From assembly GCA_965223335.1 (NCBI GenBank), contig OZ244991.1, positions 992,001 through 1,056,000 of the forward strand: a DNA stretch of 64,000 nucleotides, given 5' to 3'. The stretch comes from Thermodesulfobacteriota bacterium (GTDB lineage: Bacteria > Desulfobacterota_D > UBA1144 > Nemesobacterales > UBA2774). Below are positions 40,705-49,924 of this stretch, piece after piece. The position numbers and the translations under genes were made by a program. The notes under the pieces are model-generated. The model worked only from the letters and a program-made list of their open reading frames with translations, searched no databases and was not told where the DNA came from. Positions within the stretch are counted from its first letter, which is position 1. Each line of letters starts with the position of its first letter.

Positions 40705-41364
40705 ATGAAGAAGCTTATTCTTTTGTTGTTTGTAGGTTTATTATTCGCGATTGCCTTTATTTCTTGCTCCGATAGCGAAGCAGAGCATGTGAGACCACCA
40801 GCCCCAGTGCCGCAGACAGGTCAGACAATGTGCTGGGACTCTAATGGGAACATGATTAATTGCGGCGGTACAGGACAGGACGGTGACATACAGGCGGGGG
40901 TGATGCTACCCAGCCCACGGTTCACTTCCAATGGAGACGGGACGATCAAAGATAATCTGACCGGACTCAATTGGTTAAAGGACGGTAACTGCCCTAACGG
41001 AACTAGGACCTGGGACCAAGCATTCACCGACATATTAGAACTCAACAGCTCTCAAACTATGAATGGGAGGCTCTGTGATGACTACACCGCTAATTTCAAC
41101 GACTGGCGATTGCCCAACGTACGGGAACTTCAGAGTTTGATCAATTATGAATATTTCAACCCCGCACTATCCAACGCGGCGGGTATGGCCCAGTGGACAG
41201 AGGGCGATGCATTCACTGACATACAGTTATCAGGCTACTGGACATCTAATACGGGTGCCGGCGACTCAACCCTCGCAGGATTCGTCGATTTCGCAAGTGG
41301 CGGAGTGTCGGGCCTAGGTAAGCTCAACAGCTTATTTGTGATCGCGGTGCGTGGCGGCTTGTGA
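40705..41364 (+). CDS. DUF1566/Lcl-domain lipoprotein
   Basis: Lipobox FISC; QTGQ..C, RF..NGDGTIKDNLTGL.W, DWRLPNVREL.SL and YWTS. Confidence 0.88.
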   Translation: MKKLILLLFVGLLFAIAFISCSDSEAEHVRPPAPVPQTGQTMCWDSNGNMINCGGTGQDGDIQAGVMLPSPRFTSNGDGTIKDNLTGLNWLKDGNCPNGTRTWDQAFTDILELNSSQTMNGRLCDDYTANFNDWRLPNVRELQSLINYEYFNPALSNAAGMAQWTEGDAFTDIQLSGYWTSNTGAGDSTLAGFVDFASGGVSGLGKLNSLFVIAVRGGL

Positions 41365-41474
41365 GTGTTTATTTGATAATTTTTCCTGAGCATCTTTTGT
41401 CAAACTTAGAGTAATTTGGAAAGAATATAAATGTAGAATGACTGTACCGCTTGCTGTTAAGAATTTTTAAGATC

Positions 41475-42497
41475 TTAAACAGCTACTACCCTTCTCCTCA
41501 TAATAAGTACCCCTACTATTCCCAATAGTACCGCCATAGCTATTACACTCCATTCCGATAGCGTAGGTATGTTAATAGGTAAATTTACTGCATTTATTAT
41601 CACATCATCCATAATTAATTCTGTAGCGAGTCCACGTGTCCAGCCTGTTGTCGTAGAATCAAAGTGTCCCCAGTTAATGAAGGAAACCTCCATTTCAGGA
41701 CCGGTGGCTACGAATTCCAATGTGTATATGTGAAAATCATCAGTGCCAAACACGTGGGGTGCACCCGGAGGTTCAGCAGAATTACCGGCAGGAACGGCAA
41801 GATATAATGTGTCATACCCTTCTAGTACAACACCCATAATACCGTCACCAGCGGTCAATCCATTAGATGACGTTGCAAAGTCTTCATTTCCCCATTCTCC
41901 TGAAACCCAAAAACTTATTCTATATACCCCACTTGGTATAAGGCCAGTGACAGTCTGTGTAATCGTTACACCCGTCCCGAAACCAACACCGGGAAGAATT
42001 GTGGGCGGGGAACTAAAAACAACTTCTCCGTTAGGCATAAATTGCGGGGTTTCGGAAATTTCTCTTGGGGTTTGATTACCTAAATAAATAGATCTTTCAC
42101 CGTGTATTTGAGTAGATGACCACGCTTGCCCCGCCACAGGCACATTAAACGCCGGCAATGCATTAAAGTTATTGCCCCACCTCGCATAGGTATCCGGGCC
42201 TCCACCTGACGTCGTCCATCCATCGGGCAAAGCAAATGGTGTCAAAATAGTTCCTGTTGAAATGTAGTAATACCCGTCTCCATCTACACCTGGCAATAAA
42301 CCGCCGAAATCATTACCATTATCCAGGTGAGGCTCCTCAAAGCTACCATTGATTACCAGGTTGCTATTACGGCTAAGTGGTTCGGCGCCTGTGATTATTG
42401 TTGGGGTAGCAGCTTTAACTATTGCTGAGTTACAGAAAAAAATTATCAAAGTTATCGATATACCAAATTTTATAGCGTTGTACATTTGCGTATCCAA
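41475..42497 (-). CDS. Secreted/surface protein with IPTL-CTERM sorting signal
   Basis: Signal peptide, NLVINGSFE (CBM-like), C-terminal IPTLSEW-TM-RRR. Confidence 0.85.
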   Translation of the reverse strand: MDTQMYNAIKFGISITLIIFFCNSAIVKAATPTIITGAEPLSRNSNLVINGSFEEPHLDNGNDFGGLLPGVDGDGYYYISTGTILTPFALPDGWTTSGGGPDTYARWGNNFNALPAFNVPVAGQAWSSTQIHGERSIYLGNQTPREISETPQFMPNGEVVFSSPPTILPGVGFGTGVTITQTVTGLIPSGVYRISFWVSGEWGNEDFATSSNGLTAGDGIMGVVLEGYDTLYLAVPAGNSAEPPGAPHVFGTDDFHIYTLEFVATGPEMEVSFINWGHFDSTTTGWTRGLATELIMDDVIINAVNLPINIPTLSEWSVIAMAVLLGIVGVLIMRRRVVAV

Positions 42498-42692
42498 TAT
42501 TTTTTAGCCGAGAGGTCTTAAAGCAATACATTGTAATGTATACAACATATATGCAATTAGAAACTTAATGTATATTACTTAATCTGGGAGTTATGAGCAA
42601 CTACATTTAAGAGTAGGTCTAAATCTCGTCAGGTTAAGAGAATTTACACAACTTAAGTATAACGATGATTATCCTAGAATTTTAAATCTGAT

Positions 42693-42726
42693 AAAAAAAG
42701 GAGCAATGACCCGAAGCCACTGCTCC
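42693..42726 (-). terminator. Rho-independent terminator
   Basis: Minus strand GGAGCAGTGGC-TTCGG-GTCATTGCTCC followed by T7. Confidence 0.85.
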
Positions 42727-42754
42727 TCCTTTAATCTATTTTAAGCTAAATCAC

Positions 42755-42889
42755 TTAGTTTGATTCCAGGAACAATAGCTGGCCACCTTCTGCTAAGTCA
42801 AAATTGAAAATTCTTGAAAGTGGGTTGAATGTGTCCTGGTCTTCTAATCCGTGTGCCTGCACATTGAAGATGAACAGAGTCCCCGGCCT
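42755..42889 (-). pseudogene. C-terminal remnant of a PhoX/DUF839-like alkaline phosphatase
   Basis: Frame with no start codon ahead of the conserved motif: RPGTLFIFNVQAHGLEDQDTFNPLSRIFNFDLAEGGQLLFLESN*. VQAH...EGGQLL resembles PhoX-family C-termini (from memory). Confidence 0.55.
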
Positions 42890-43968
42890 TAATTTTTAAA
42901 TGCCATCCAGCTATGGTTTACGATATCCTCCGCTTCCATAAGCATAATGATTTCGTCAGCTATCTGTTCCCCCAGTTCCAGGTGAGTACTAAAGCCCACA
43001 CACGATGCATTTATCTCGCCCAGCACATAGAGATCATTACCGTCCTCATCCGTATCCAGTATAAAGTCCGCAGTCCATATAAGCGGCATATCATAATTCC
43101 CCAGACGTTCGATGATTACGTTAATATTCTTTTCGATCAGTTCCACAAGTTCGGGCCATTTGTCGGGAGTCTCGTATGTATATGTGGCCCCCGAAAACAG
43201 TGTGGCCGAAAAAGCATCGGGGCGATCAACCGGTTTTTTATGCACAATATACACAACTTTGTTCCTTAACATAAACACCCGTATTTCACCCTCTTTGATC
43301 CTTTCCAAATAAGGCATATCCAGTAACATACCACTCTCGCCGTCCAGATACTTCACACAATGGTCAATAAACTCACCGAGTTCCATAATTTCGACATGGT
43401 TGTCTCGGGCCTCGGTGCATTTTACTTTAGTGTTATGCGGTAGCGGTTCCTCTGAACTCCATGCGTTCCCGTTCTCCGTCATTACCTCCACTCTCCAGAT
43501 CCCTTCGCCCGTAGACCCTCTGTTTTGCTTGAGCACCCTTGTGTTTTTTGCCAGTGTAGAGGGGATATTGTTCTTGAATGTCTCGAAATCGTAATAGGCG
43601 TATACATCTTCAGGCACCAGGTCCGTACCTTTCAATTTTTCTATTGCGTTCTTAGCACCGTAATAGATCATTACATGAGGATGAGGCAGTCCTTTAATCC
43701 CCCGCTTTACCAGTTCGTTTAGCATCTGAAAGTAACCGGTTTCGTCACTCAGGAACCCGGGGTTAACTCTGCTTATGTATGCACATGCATTCTCTACGGT
43801 ATATTTGTATATTTCCCCTCTATCTTCATCCGAATAAAAAATGATTTCAGCAGTCCACCCTCTTTTTTTCAGAGAGTCCGCAATGGGCTTGGAATCCACC
43901 CTATAACCATACGGCCCCTTGTCGCTTCCTCCTCGTGCTTCAAAAATAATCACATGTTTATTATTCAT
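42889..43968 (-). CDS. Cj0069-family protein (ATP-grasp-like)
   Basis: IFEARGGSDKGPYGYR.D, YISRVNPG, RVLKQNRGSTGEGIW, IWTADFIL and GEINASCVGF. Confidence 0.85.
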   Translation of the reverse strand: MNNKHVIIFEARGGSDKGPYGYRVDSKPIADSLKKRGWTAEIIFYSDEDRGEIYKYTVENACAYISRVNPGFLSDETGYFQMLNELVKRGIKGLPHPHVMIYYGAKNAIEKLKGTDLVPEDVYAYYDFETFKNNIPSTLAKNTRVLKQNRGSTGEGIWRVEVMTENGNAWSSEEPLPHNTKVKCTEARDNHVEIMELGEFIDHCVKYLDGESGMLLDMPYLERIKEGEIRVFMLRNKVVYIVHKKPVDRPDAFSATLFSGATYTYETPDKWPELVELIEKNINVIIERLGNYDMPLIWTADFILDTDEDGNDLYVLGEINASCVGFSTHLELGEQIADEIIMLMEAEDIVNHSWMAFKN

Positions 43969-44057
43969 GGCTATGCTCCCGGACTATGATGTTTTGTTTT
44001 TGATAATGGAGTTGTTCTACCCATTTCCGCATCAAATAATCATTCAGTAATAATGTA

Positions 44058-44072
44058 GCAATAATCATGCCT
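44058..44072 (-). promoter_or_regulatory. Sigma54 promoter of the Cj0069-family gene
   Basis: Minus strand AGGCATGATTATTGC = GG-N10-GC. Confidence 0.7.
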
Positions 44073-44113
44073 ATCCTAATCCACTGCTTTTGCAGAAAAA
44101 TGTTTTCCAGCTG

Positions 44114-44140
44114 GTGTCAGATGTCAGAATTGTGGACAAT
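44114..44140. promoter_or_regulatory. Putative enhancer (bEBP) binding site, copy 3
   Basis: GTGTCAGATGTCAGAATTGTGGACAAT; same orientation and spacing relative to its sigma54 promoter as copy 1. Confidence 0.7.
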
Positions 44141-44389
44141 ACCCAATGGCAATATTCCAAAAGATATTGGGAGGAAGTATTCTAAGTACAGGAAAAGTAC
44201 TATTACAGCTTTCCCCAGAGCTTAACCAGATCGCATAAGAATAAATAATATATGGAGGGGAAAAGCACTTCGGTCAAAATGCCCAAAACCCACAGTAGTT
44301 TTGTTTAAGGATAATTCGCTATACACCCCTTCCCACAGGGCTCAAGCGCCTACAATAGATTTACCACGAACTCAACAATCCAAAAAGTT

Positions 44390-45049
44390 TTACTTAGGCT
44401 GTTTTACCAAGCGCAGGTATGGTTTCACCGTATTCCAACCCTCGGGGAACATATCCTTCGCATCGTCATCAGACACAGACGGCACAATTATTACATCGTC
44501 CCCGCTCTGCCAGTTCGCAGGGGTAGCCAATTTATGTTCCGATGTGAGCTGCATAGAATCGAGTACACGCAGAATCTCATGGAAATTACGCCCCGTAGTC
44601 ATCGGGTATGTCAGTATGAGCTTAATTTTTTTGTCAGGTCCGATCACAAAGACGGAGCGTACAGTAGCGTTAGTCGCAGCGGTACGGCCTTCCGATGTGC
44701 CGGCTTCGTCTGCCGGGAGCATATTGTAGAGCTTTGCAACCTCAAGATTAGTATCCCCGATCATCGGGTATTTAACCGCATGACCCTGCGTTTCTTCTAT
44801 ATCCTTTGACCACTCTAGGTGATCGTCCACAGTGTCTATGCTAAGTCCGATGACCTTGCAGTTGCGCTTGGCAAACTCAGGCTCAAGCCCGGCCATGTAA
44901 CCCAACTCTGTGGTACATACCGGGGTGAAGTCCTTGGGGTGTGAAAACAGCACTGCCCAGCCGTCGCCGATCCAGTCATGAAAATTTATCTCACCCTGAG
45001 TTGTTTCGGCGGTAAAATTTGGTGCTTCGTCATTTATTCTTAGCGACAT
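44390..45049 (-). CDS. 1-Cys peroxiredoxin (Prx6 family)
   Basis: FSHPKDFTPVCTTELG, YPMTTGRNF and TPANW; GGAGG precedes ATG 45049. Confidence 0.93.
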   Translation of the reverse strand: MSLRINDEAPNFTAETTQGEINFHDWIGDGWAVLFSHPKDFTPVCTTELGYMAGLEPEFAKRNCKVIGLSIDTVDDHLEWSKDIEETQGHAVKYPMIGDTNLEVAKLYNMLPADEAGTSEGRTAATNATVRSVFVIGPDKKIKLILTYPMTTGRNFHEILRVLDSMQLTSEHKLATPANWQSGDDVIIVPSVSDDDAKDMFPEGWNTVKPYLRLVKQPK

Positions 45050-45290
45050 TTTCAAACCCTCCTAATGTTTGATCTTAAGAGCTATCTATCCATACATCTA
45101 ATTTTGTTAAGCTTAGTCAAAACGGCATTTAAAACCGTTTTACATGTGCACGATGCATGTCGAGAGACCCAAACCTTATTATAGTAGTTAGCTTGTGATT
45201 CTTCAAACCCTAACCTTAATTTTTTCTCTAGTCATGATAGTTGTGTTAGACCGAGTTTTTTAGGCTCGGATTTTATTCGGGTTTTTCATC

Positions 45291-46160
45291 TTATTCATTA
45301 AAGTGATAAAAGCCCGAACCCAGCAGTCTGTATTCGAATTCCTTATCTTTAGTCATCGGGAAACCTGCACTAAATCCTAACTCTATGGCTTTATTCTTAA
45401 AGGGTGCGACTTTAAAACCCGGGTCTATGTTGAATACTGTCTCGCCTTTTTCTTCACCGTTTAATATGGTCTCACCATCGAACTCAAGGAGTAAGAACAG
45501 ATAATCAGTGGCAATATAAAGCAGTGAAAAATCAAATTTAAATTCGTCCCCTTCATCCTGATCTTTTTTCTGGTTTGTAGGAAACCCTAACCCTAAAAAC
45601 GAGACGAACTCGAACCCTTTATATTTATATCCCAAAGTAACGAATGGCTCGATCTCGAAAATATTGTCACTACCGATACCTTTTTTATCGTCCCCTGTAG
45701 GCAATCCAAATTCTATCCCACCCCCAAGCAGTATCCCGTACTGTTCCAGGATATAGGTCGCAAGCTTCAATCCGATTTCTATGTTGTTAAAATGATTTTG
45801 GTTAGGGCCTTGATCGACATTGAGAAATGTATATGGAAACTCAGCCTCTATACTGATGTTTTTTGTGAAGGCATACTCTATGCCTAACCTGATGGTACTC
45901 TCTTTAAATTTTGATGGACCATGCCCCTCTTCTCCCAGCTCCTCGTCTTCTATTTCTCCGCCTACATCAAGAAAAAAGTAGTCCAAGCGTATCTTTGTAT
46001 CCGGTGACGGCGATTCGGTGATCAAGGGATGTGAAAAATGTAGATAATTTTTTTTCTCCCCATCCCCATGGTCAGCATATGCTACGTGACCGGTCAGTAA
46101 AATCATACTACACATCAGTACCAAAATCTTAGATTCCTTTTCTTGTTTAACCATAAACAA
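45291..46160 (-). CDS. Outer-membrane beta-barrel transporter-like protein, His-rich N-terminus
   Basis: Signal peptide, HFSHPLITESP, FGLPTGD and amphipathic beta strands ending FYHF. Confidence 0.65.
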   Translation of the reverse strand: MFMVKQEKESKILVLMCSMILLTGHVAYADHGDGEKKNYLHFSHPLITESPSPDTKIRLDYFFLDVGGEIEDEELGEEGHGPSKFKESTIRLGIEYAFTKNISIEAEFPYTFLNVDQGPNQNHFNNIEIGLKLATYILEQYGILLGGGIEFGLPTGDDKKGIGSDNIFEIEPFVTLGYKYKGFEFVSFLGLGFPTNQKKDQDEGDEFKFDFSLLYIATDYLFLLLEFDGETILNGEEKGETVFNIDPGFKVAPFKNKAIELGFSAGFPMTKDKEFEYRLLGSGFYHFNE

Positions 46161-46497
46161 ACTCTTCTAAATCAATTTATACAACTCTTGTGACACAACT
46201 AGCAATAATCATCTTTACTATATAACGATTATTAATATTCATCAATAGCTTGTACTATATATTTGCGGCTATTTCAATACGTGATAGTGATAATATTGTT
46301 GTAAAGCCTCTAAAAGAGACCTCGTTGTTAACAAATGATGGGTTGATAGACTGATTTGGATAGTGGGACTTCAGTGCGAAGAGACAAAAACACCGTTACC
46401 AAACCGGTCACTACATGACACGACTTGGGAAGTTGTAAAACCAACTAAAACGAGTGTTGAATTTGGTCTTGGAACGAGACTACTTACTAATCGACGA

Positions 46498-46830
46498 TTA
46501 AGTAAGGTCTTTTGTCTCGGCTATGGGACCGTTTTTCTTTACAGATGCAATACCCTTCTCCATGGACGAGGTAGATGAGTACATTTCGCTCATCCCGATC
46601 ACCTGCCCGTTTGGAGATGTAAGTGTAAAGTATGGGTCGCCTTTTTTAGACTTCTTTCTATCAAAACGCTTGTCATTACGCGAGTTTTTCGCCACGGACT
46701 TGATCCCGTTTTTAGCGCTTGGTTTCGAGTTATACATTTCGCTCGTCAATATAACCTGGCCATTGGCAGCTTTTAGATTAAACATAAACTTACCGCCTCT
46801 AGCTTTCTTGAGTTCAAACTTACTAGCCAT
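46498..46830 (-). CDS. YegP/DUF1508 family protein
   Basis: Tandem repeats FNLKAANGQVILTSEMY / FTLTSPNGQVIGMSEMY..GI.SVK. Confidence 0.92.
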   Translation of the reverse strand: MASKFELKKARGGKFMFNLKAANGQVILTSEMYNSKPSAKNGIKSVAKNSRNDKRFDRKKSKKGDPYFTLTSPNGQVIGMSEMYSSTSSMEKGIASVKKNGPIAETKDLT

Positions 46831-47104
46831 ACCGTACCTCCGTGAATATTTTGTTAACTACGTAGATATTATATAATCGGATTTTATAAAATTAGCAACA
46901 ATTTATAGATGCTAATTTGATTTTGATGATATGAAAACAGCTCGAATAGCCGAGTAATGTGCCAATGAATTATGACAACATCTTAGTATGTATAGTATTA
47001 TAATTAAGAGACAATTATCAGTTGAGATTATAAAAGTAATTATTGCATTATGTGTTATAATCCATATATTGTATTTTTTATTTGACGAAAGGAGGATTTA
47101 ATTA

Positions 47105-47359
47105 ATGGGTATTCTGTCTTGGATTCTATTTGGATTAATCGCCGGAGCCATTGCCAAGCTCCTTATGCCTGGGAAAGATCCGGGTGGTTTCATCATTACC
47201 ATTATTATCGGTATTGTCGGGGCCATGGTAGGAGGATTTATAGGTAACTTCCTAGGATTAGGCAGTGTAAGTGGCTTTAATTTAATGAGTTTCATAATTG
47301 CCGTGGCCGGATCGATAATACTTTTGTTGATTTACCGTTTAGCAAAAAGCAGAGCATAG
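47105..47359 (+). CDS. GlsB/YeaQ/YmgE family stress-response membrane protein
   Basis: MGILSWILFGLIAGAIAKLLMPGKDPGG. Confidence 0.92.
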   Translation: MGILSWILFGLIAGAIAKLLMPGKDPGGFIITIIIGIVGAMVGGFIGNFLGLGSVSGFNLMSFIIAVAGSIILLLIYRLAKSRA

Positions 47360-47442
47360 GTTGGGATTAGCGTCGTCATATTGCTACAGGTATTAGTATG
47401 GTACTCTATACTAGAGTGTGATATTGGTATCTAGGCAACAAG

Positions 47443-48201
47443 ATGCCACAACTCAATAAAATTACAGAGTTCTTGGACGACTATTTACGCATAGACGATA
47501 TAGACGATGCGTGCTGGAACGGGTTGCAATTCCAGGGCAACCAAACTGTCTCTAAAATAGCGTTTGCAGTTGATGCATGTGTAGAGGCAATAGCCGAGGC
47601 TGAGAATCGTGGGGCCCAGATGCTCATAACACACCACGGTCATTACTGGCGGTCACAAAACCCGTCGGTCCGCGATTGGTCTAAAGAGAGAATCGACCTT
47701 CTATACAAGAATAATCTTTCTCTATATTCCTGTCACCTCCCGCTCGATAGACACCCCAAAGTCGGGAACAATGTAGAGCTCATAAAACTTCTCGGCGCTA
47801 GGGTAAAGGACGAGTTCTATTTTCATAGGGGCAAAAATATAGGCTGGACCGGCGAATGGAAAAAGCCGGTCTCCATTAATAACATTGTAAAGACACTTAA
47901 TTCCGAGCTCAATACAGTGTGCCGTGTTCTAAACTTCGGGAAAAAGAATATAAAAACTATTGCAGTCTGTAGTGGGGGTGGCAGCTATAGCGGTTTTTAT
48001 GATGCACTTGATAGGGGTGTCGATCTATATCTCACGGGTGATGCTGTTGAGGTTTACTACAGCGCCAAAGATGCGGGTATCAATGTTATCTTTGCCGGTC
48101 ATCATGCTACTGAGACCGTTGGACTTTTGGCTCTCTCCAAGGAAATTAAACGTAAATTCAAGGTTAAGACAGATTTCATAGACTTACCAACTGGGCTTTA
48201 A
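47443..48201 (+). CDS. Nif3-like dinuclear metal center protein
   Basis: NGLQ, ITHHG, YSCHLPLD.HP..GNN and AGHHATE. Confidence 0.93.
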   Translation: MPQLNKITEFLDDYLRIDDIDDACWNGLQFQGNQTVSKIAFAVDACVEAIAEAENRGAQMLITHHGHYWRSQNPSVRDWSKERIDLLYKNNLSLYSCHLPLDRHPKVGNNVELIKLLGARVKDEFYFHRGKNIGWTGEWKKPVSINNIVKTLNSELNTVCRVLNFGKKNIKTIAVCSGGGSYSGFYDALDRGVDLYLTGDAVEVYYSAKDAGINVIFAGHHATETVGLLALSKEIKRKFKVKTDFIDLPTGL

Positions 48202-48255
48202 TTTTTCGAGCCCAAATGAAAACTGTAGATAAGCATACTTGCTATATTTAAATCA

Positions 48256-48284
48256 TTGACAAAGTTATGACGTACTCTTAGAAT
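48256..48284 (+). promoter_or_regulatory. Sigma70 promoter of leuA
   Basis: TTGACA, 17 nt, TAGAAT; about 20-nt leader before AGGAGG/ATG. Confidence 0.7.
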
Positions 48285-48310
48285 ATTTTGTTTATAGGAG
48301 GCGAGTTAAA

Positions 48311-49858
48311 ATGAGTAGCGGTGACGTAGTAAAAATATTCGACACCACACTAAGAGACGGTGAACAGGCGCCGGGCTGCGGCATGACGGTAGAAGAAAAA
48401 CTGCGTGTTGCGCACCAGCTTGAGAGGCTCGGAGTCGATATAATCGAAGCCGGTTTTCCCATCTCATCCGAGGGTGATTTCGAATCCGTTAAACTCATTG
48501 CCGAAAAGATAAGGGGCTGCGAAATAGCCGGGCTCTGCAGAGCAAACTTAAAGGACATTGACCGTGGATGGGAAGCGGTACAGGGGGCCGAGAACCCAAG
48601 GATCCACACATTCATTGCAACCTCGGATATCCATCTAAAACATAAACTCCGTAAATCACAGGACGAAGTACTCGAAATAATAAGCGGGGCAGTGAAGCAT
48701 GCAAAAAACTATACAGATAACGTTGAGTTCTCTTGCGAGGACGCCACTAGAACTGATCTCGATTATCTATGCAAAGCTGTCGATGTAGCGGTTCGTGCGG
48801 GGGCAACTACTATAAACATCCCCGACACTGTCGGCTACACGGTGCCCGATGAGTTCGCTCATATCATTAGGACGCTAAAAGAAAAAGTCTCAGGACTAGA
48901 CAACGTCACACTAAGTGTGCATTGTCACAACGATCTCGGTCTTGCGGTAGCCAACTCACTTGCCGCGGTCCGCGAGGGTGCAAGGCAGGTGGAGTGCACC
49001 ATAAACGGTCTTGGCGAGAGGGCCGGCAACGCGTCCCTCGAAGAGATAGTAATGGGTCTTAAGGTACGTCACGATAAAAACCCATATACCACAAGGCTTG
49101 TAACCGAACAGATTTATCCGACCAGCCGCATCGTATCTCAGGTCACCGGTGTTAATGTACAGCCCAACAAGGCCATCGTAGGCGCAAACGCTTTCGCACA
49201 CGAGGCGGGCATTCACCAAGACGGTGTACTCAAAGATAGGATCACTTACGAGATCATGAGACCTGAAGAGGTAGGCATACCGTCAAATAAACTCGTGCTC
49301 GGTAAACACTCGGGACGCCATGCGTTTCGTGACCGCTTAGACGACTATGGTTACGACCTCGACGACGAGACCTTTGAGACTGCTTTTAAAAAATTCAAGG
49401 ATCTTGCGGACAAGAAAAAGTACGTGTTCGATGAAGACATTGAGGCACTTATAAGCGAGGAGTTCGTCCGTTCCTCAGATTTCTATAAATTAATATCAAC
49501 CAATTACGGCGGGGGCACAGAGATGCACCCCGTGGCAACTATAAAGATGCTTATAGACGGCGAAGAGGTCGTAGTATCCGAGGCTGGCGACGGCCCGGTA
49601 GATGCTGCCTACAGGGCAGTTTCCAGGGCCACAGGGTTCGAGCCTACATTGGAGCACTATGTAGTAGCCTCTATCACCGAGGGCATCGACGCCCAGGGCG
49701 AGGTCACCGTACGCGTAGAGGACCAAGGTGTAATCACACAGGGTCTGGGCTCGAGCACGGATATTGTTGTGGCGAGTGTAAAGGCTTATATAAATGCCTT
49801 AAACAAACTCAGGTGGCGCAAGGAACACCCCAAAAGAGCAACCTCGAGTGGTGTTTAA
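48311..49858 (+). CDS. leuA: 2-isopropylmalate synthase
   Basis: DTTLRDGEQ, SVHCHNDLG, GERAGNA, HEAGIHQDG and the GDGPVDA regulatory domain. Confidence 0.95.
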   Translation: MSSGDVVKIFDTTLRDGEQAPGCGMTVEEKLRVAHQLERLGVDIIEAGFPISSEGDFESVKLIAEKIRGCEIAGLCRANLKDIDRGWEAVQGAENPRIHTFIATSDIHLKHKLRKSQDEVLEIISGAVKHAKNYTDNVEFSCEDATRTDLDYLCKAVDVAVRAGATTINIPDTVGYTVPDEFAHIIRTLKEKVSGLDNVTLSVHCHNDLGLAVANSLAAVREGARQVECTINGLGERAGNASLEEIVMGLKVRHDKNPYTTRLVTEQIYPTSRIVSQVTGVNVQPNKAIVGANAFAHEAGIHQDGVLKDRITYEIMRPEEVGIPSNKLVLGKHSGRHAFRDRLDDYGYDLDDETFETAFKKFKDLADKKKYVFDEDIEALISEEFVRSSDFYKLISTNYGGGTEMHPVATIKMLIDGEEVVVSEAGDGPVDAAYRAVSRATGFEPTLEHYVVASITEGIDAQGEVTVRVEDQGVITQGLGSSTDIVVASVKAYINALNKLRWRKEHPKRATSSGV

Positions 49859-49924
49859 TATCTGCAGCCCATATTCTTACTTTCACATATGATTATTGGG
49901 TATATACTGTATTAGTATATCGAG

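Noticed and set aside
46200..46216. Fourth sigma54 promoter (shares TAGCAATAATCAT with the Cj0069 promoter)
   Set aside because: The -24 GG is replaced by AA, and no enhancer motif was seen nearby.
46363..46578. 71-aa plus-strand ORF or possible riboswitch upstream of the beta-barrel gene
   Set aside because: No recognisable protein or RNA motif.
48285..48310. Leucine attenuator before leuA
   Set aside because: The promoter leaves only about 20 nt of leader, with no Leu-rich peptide.
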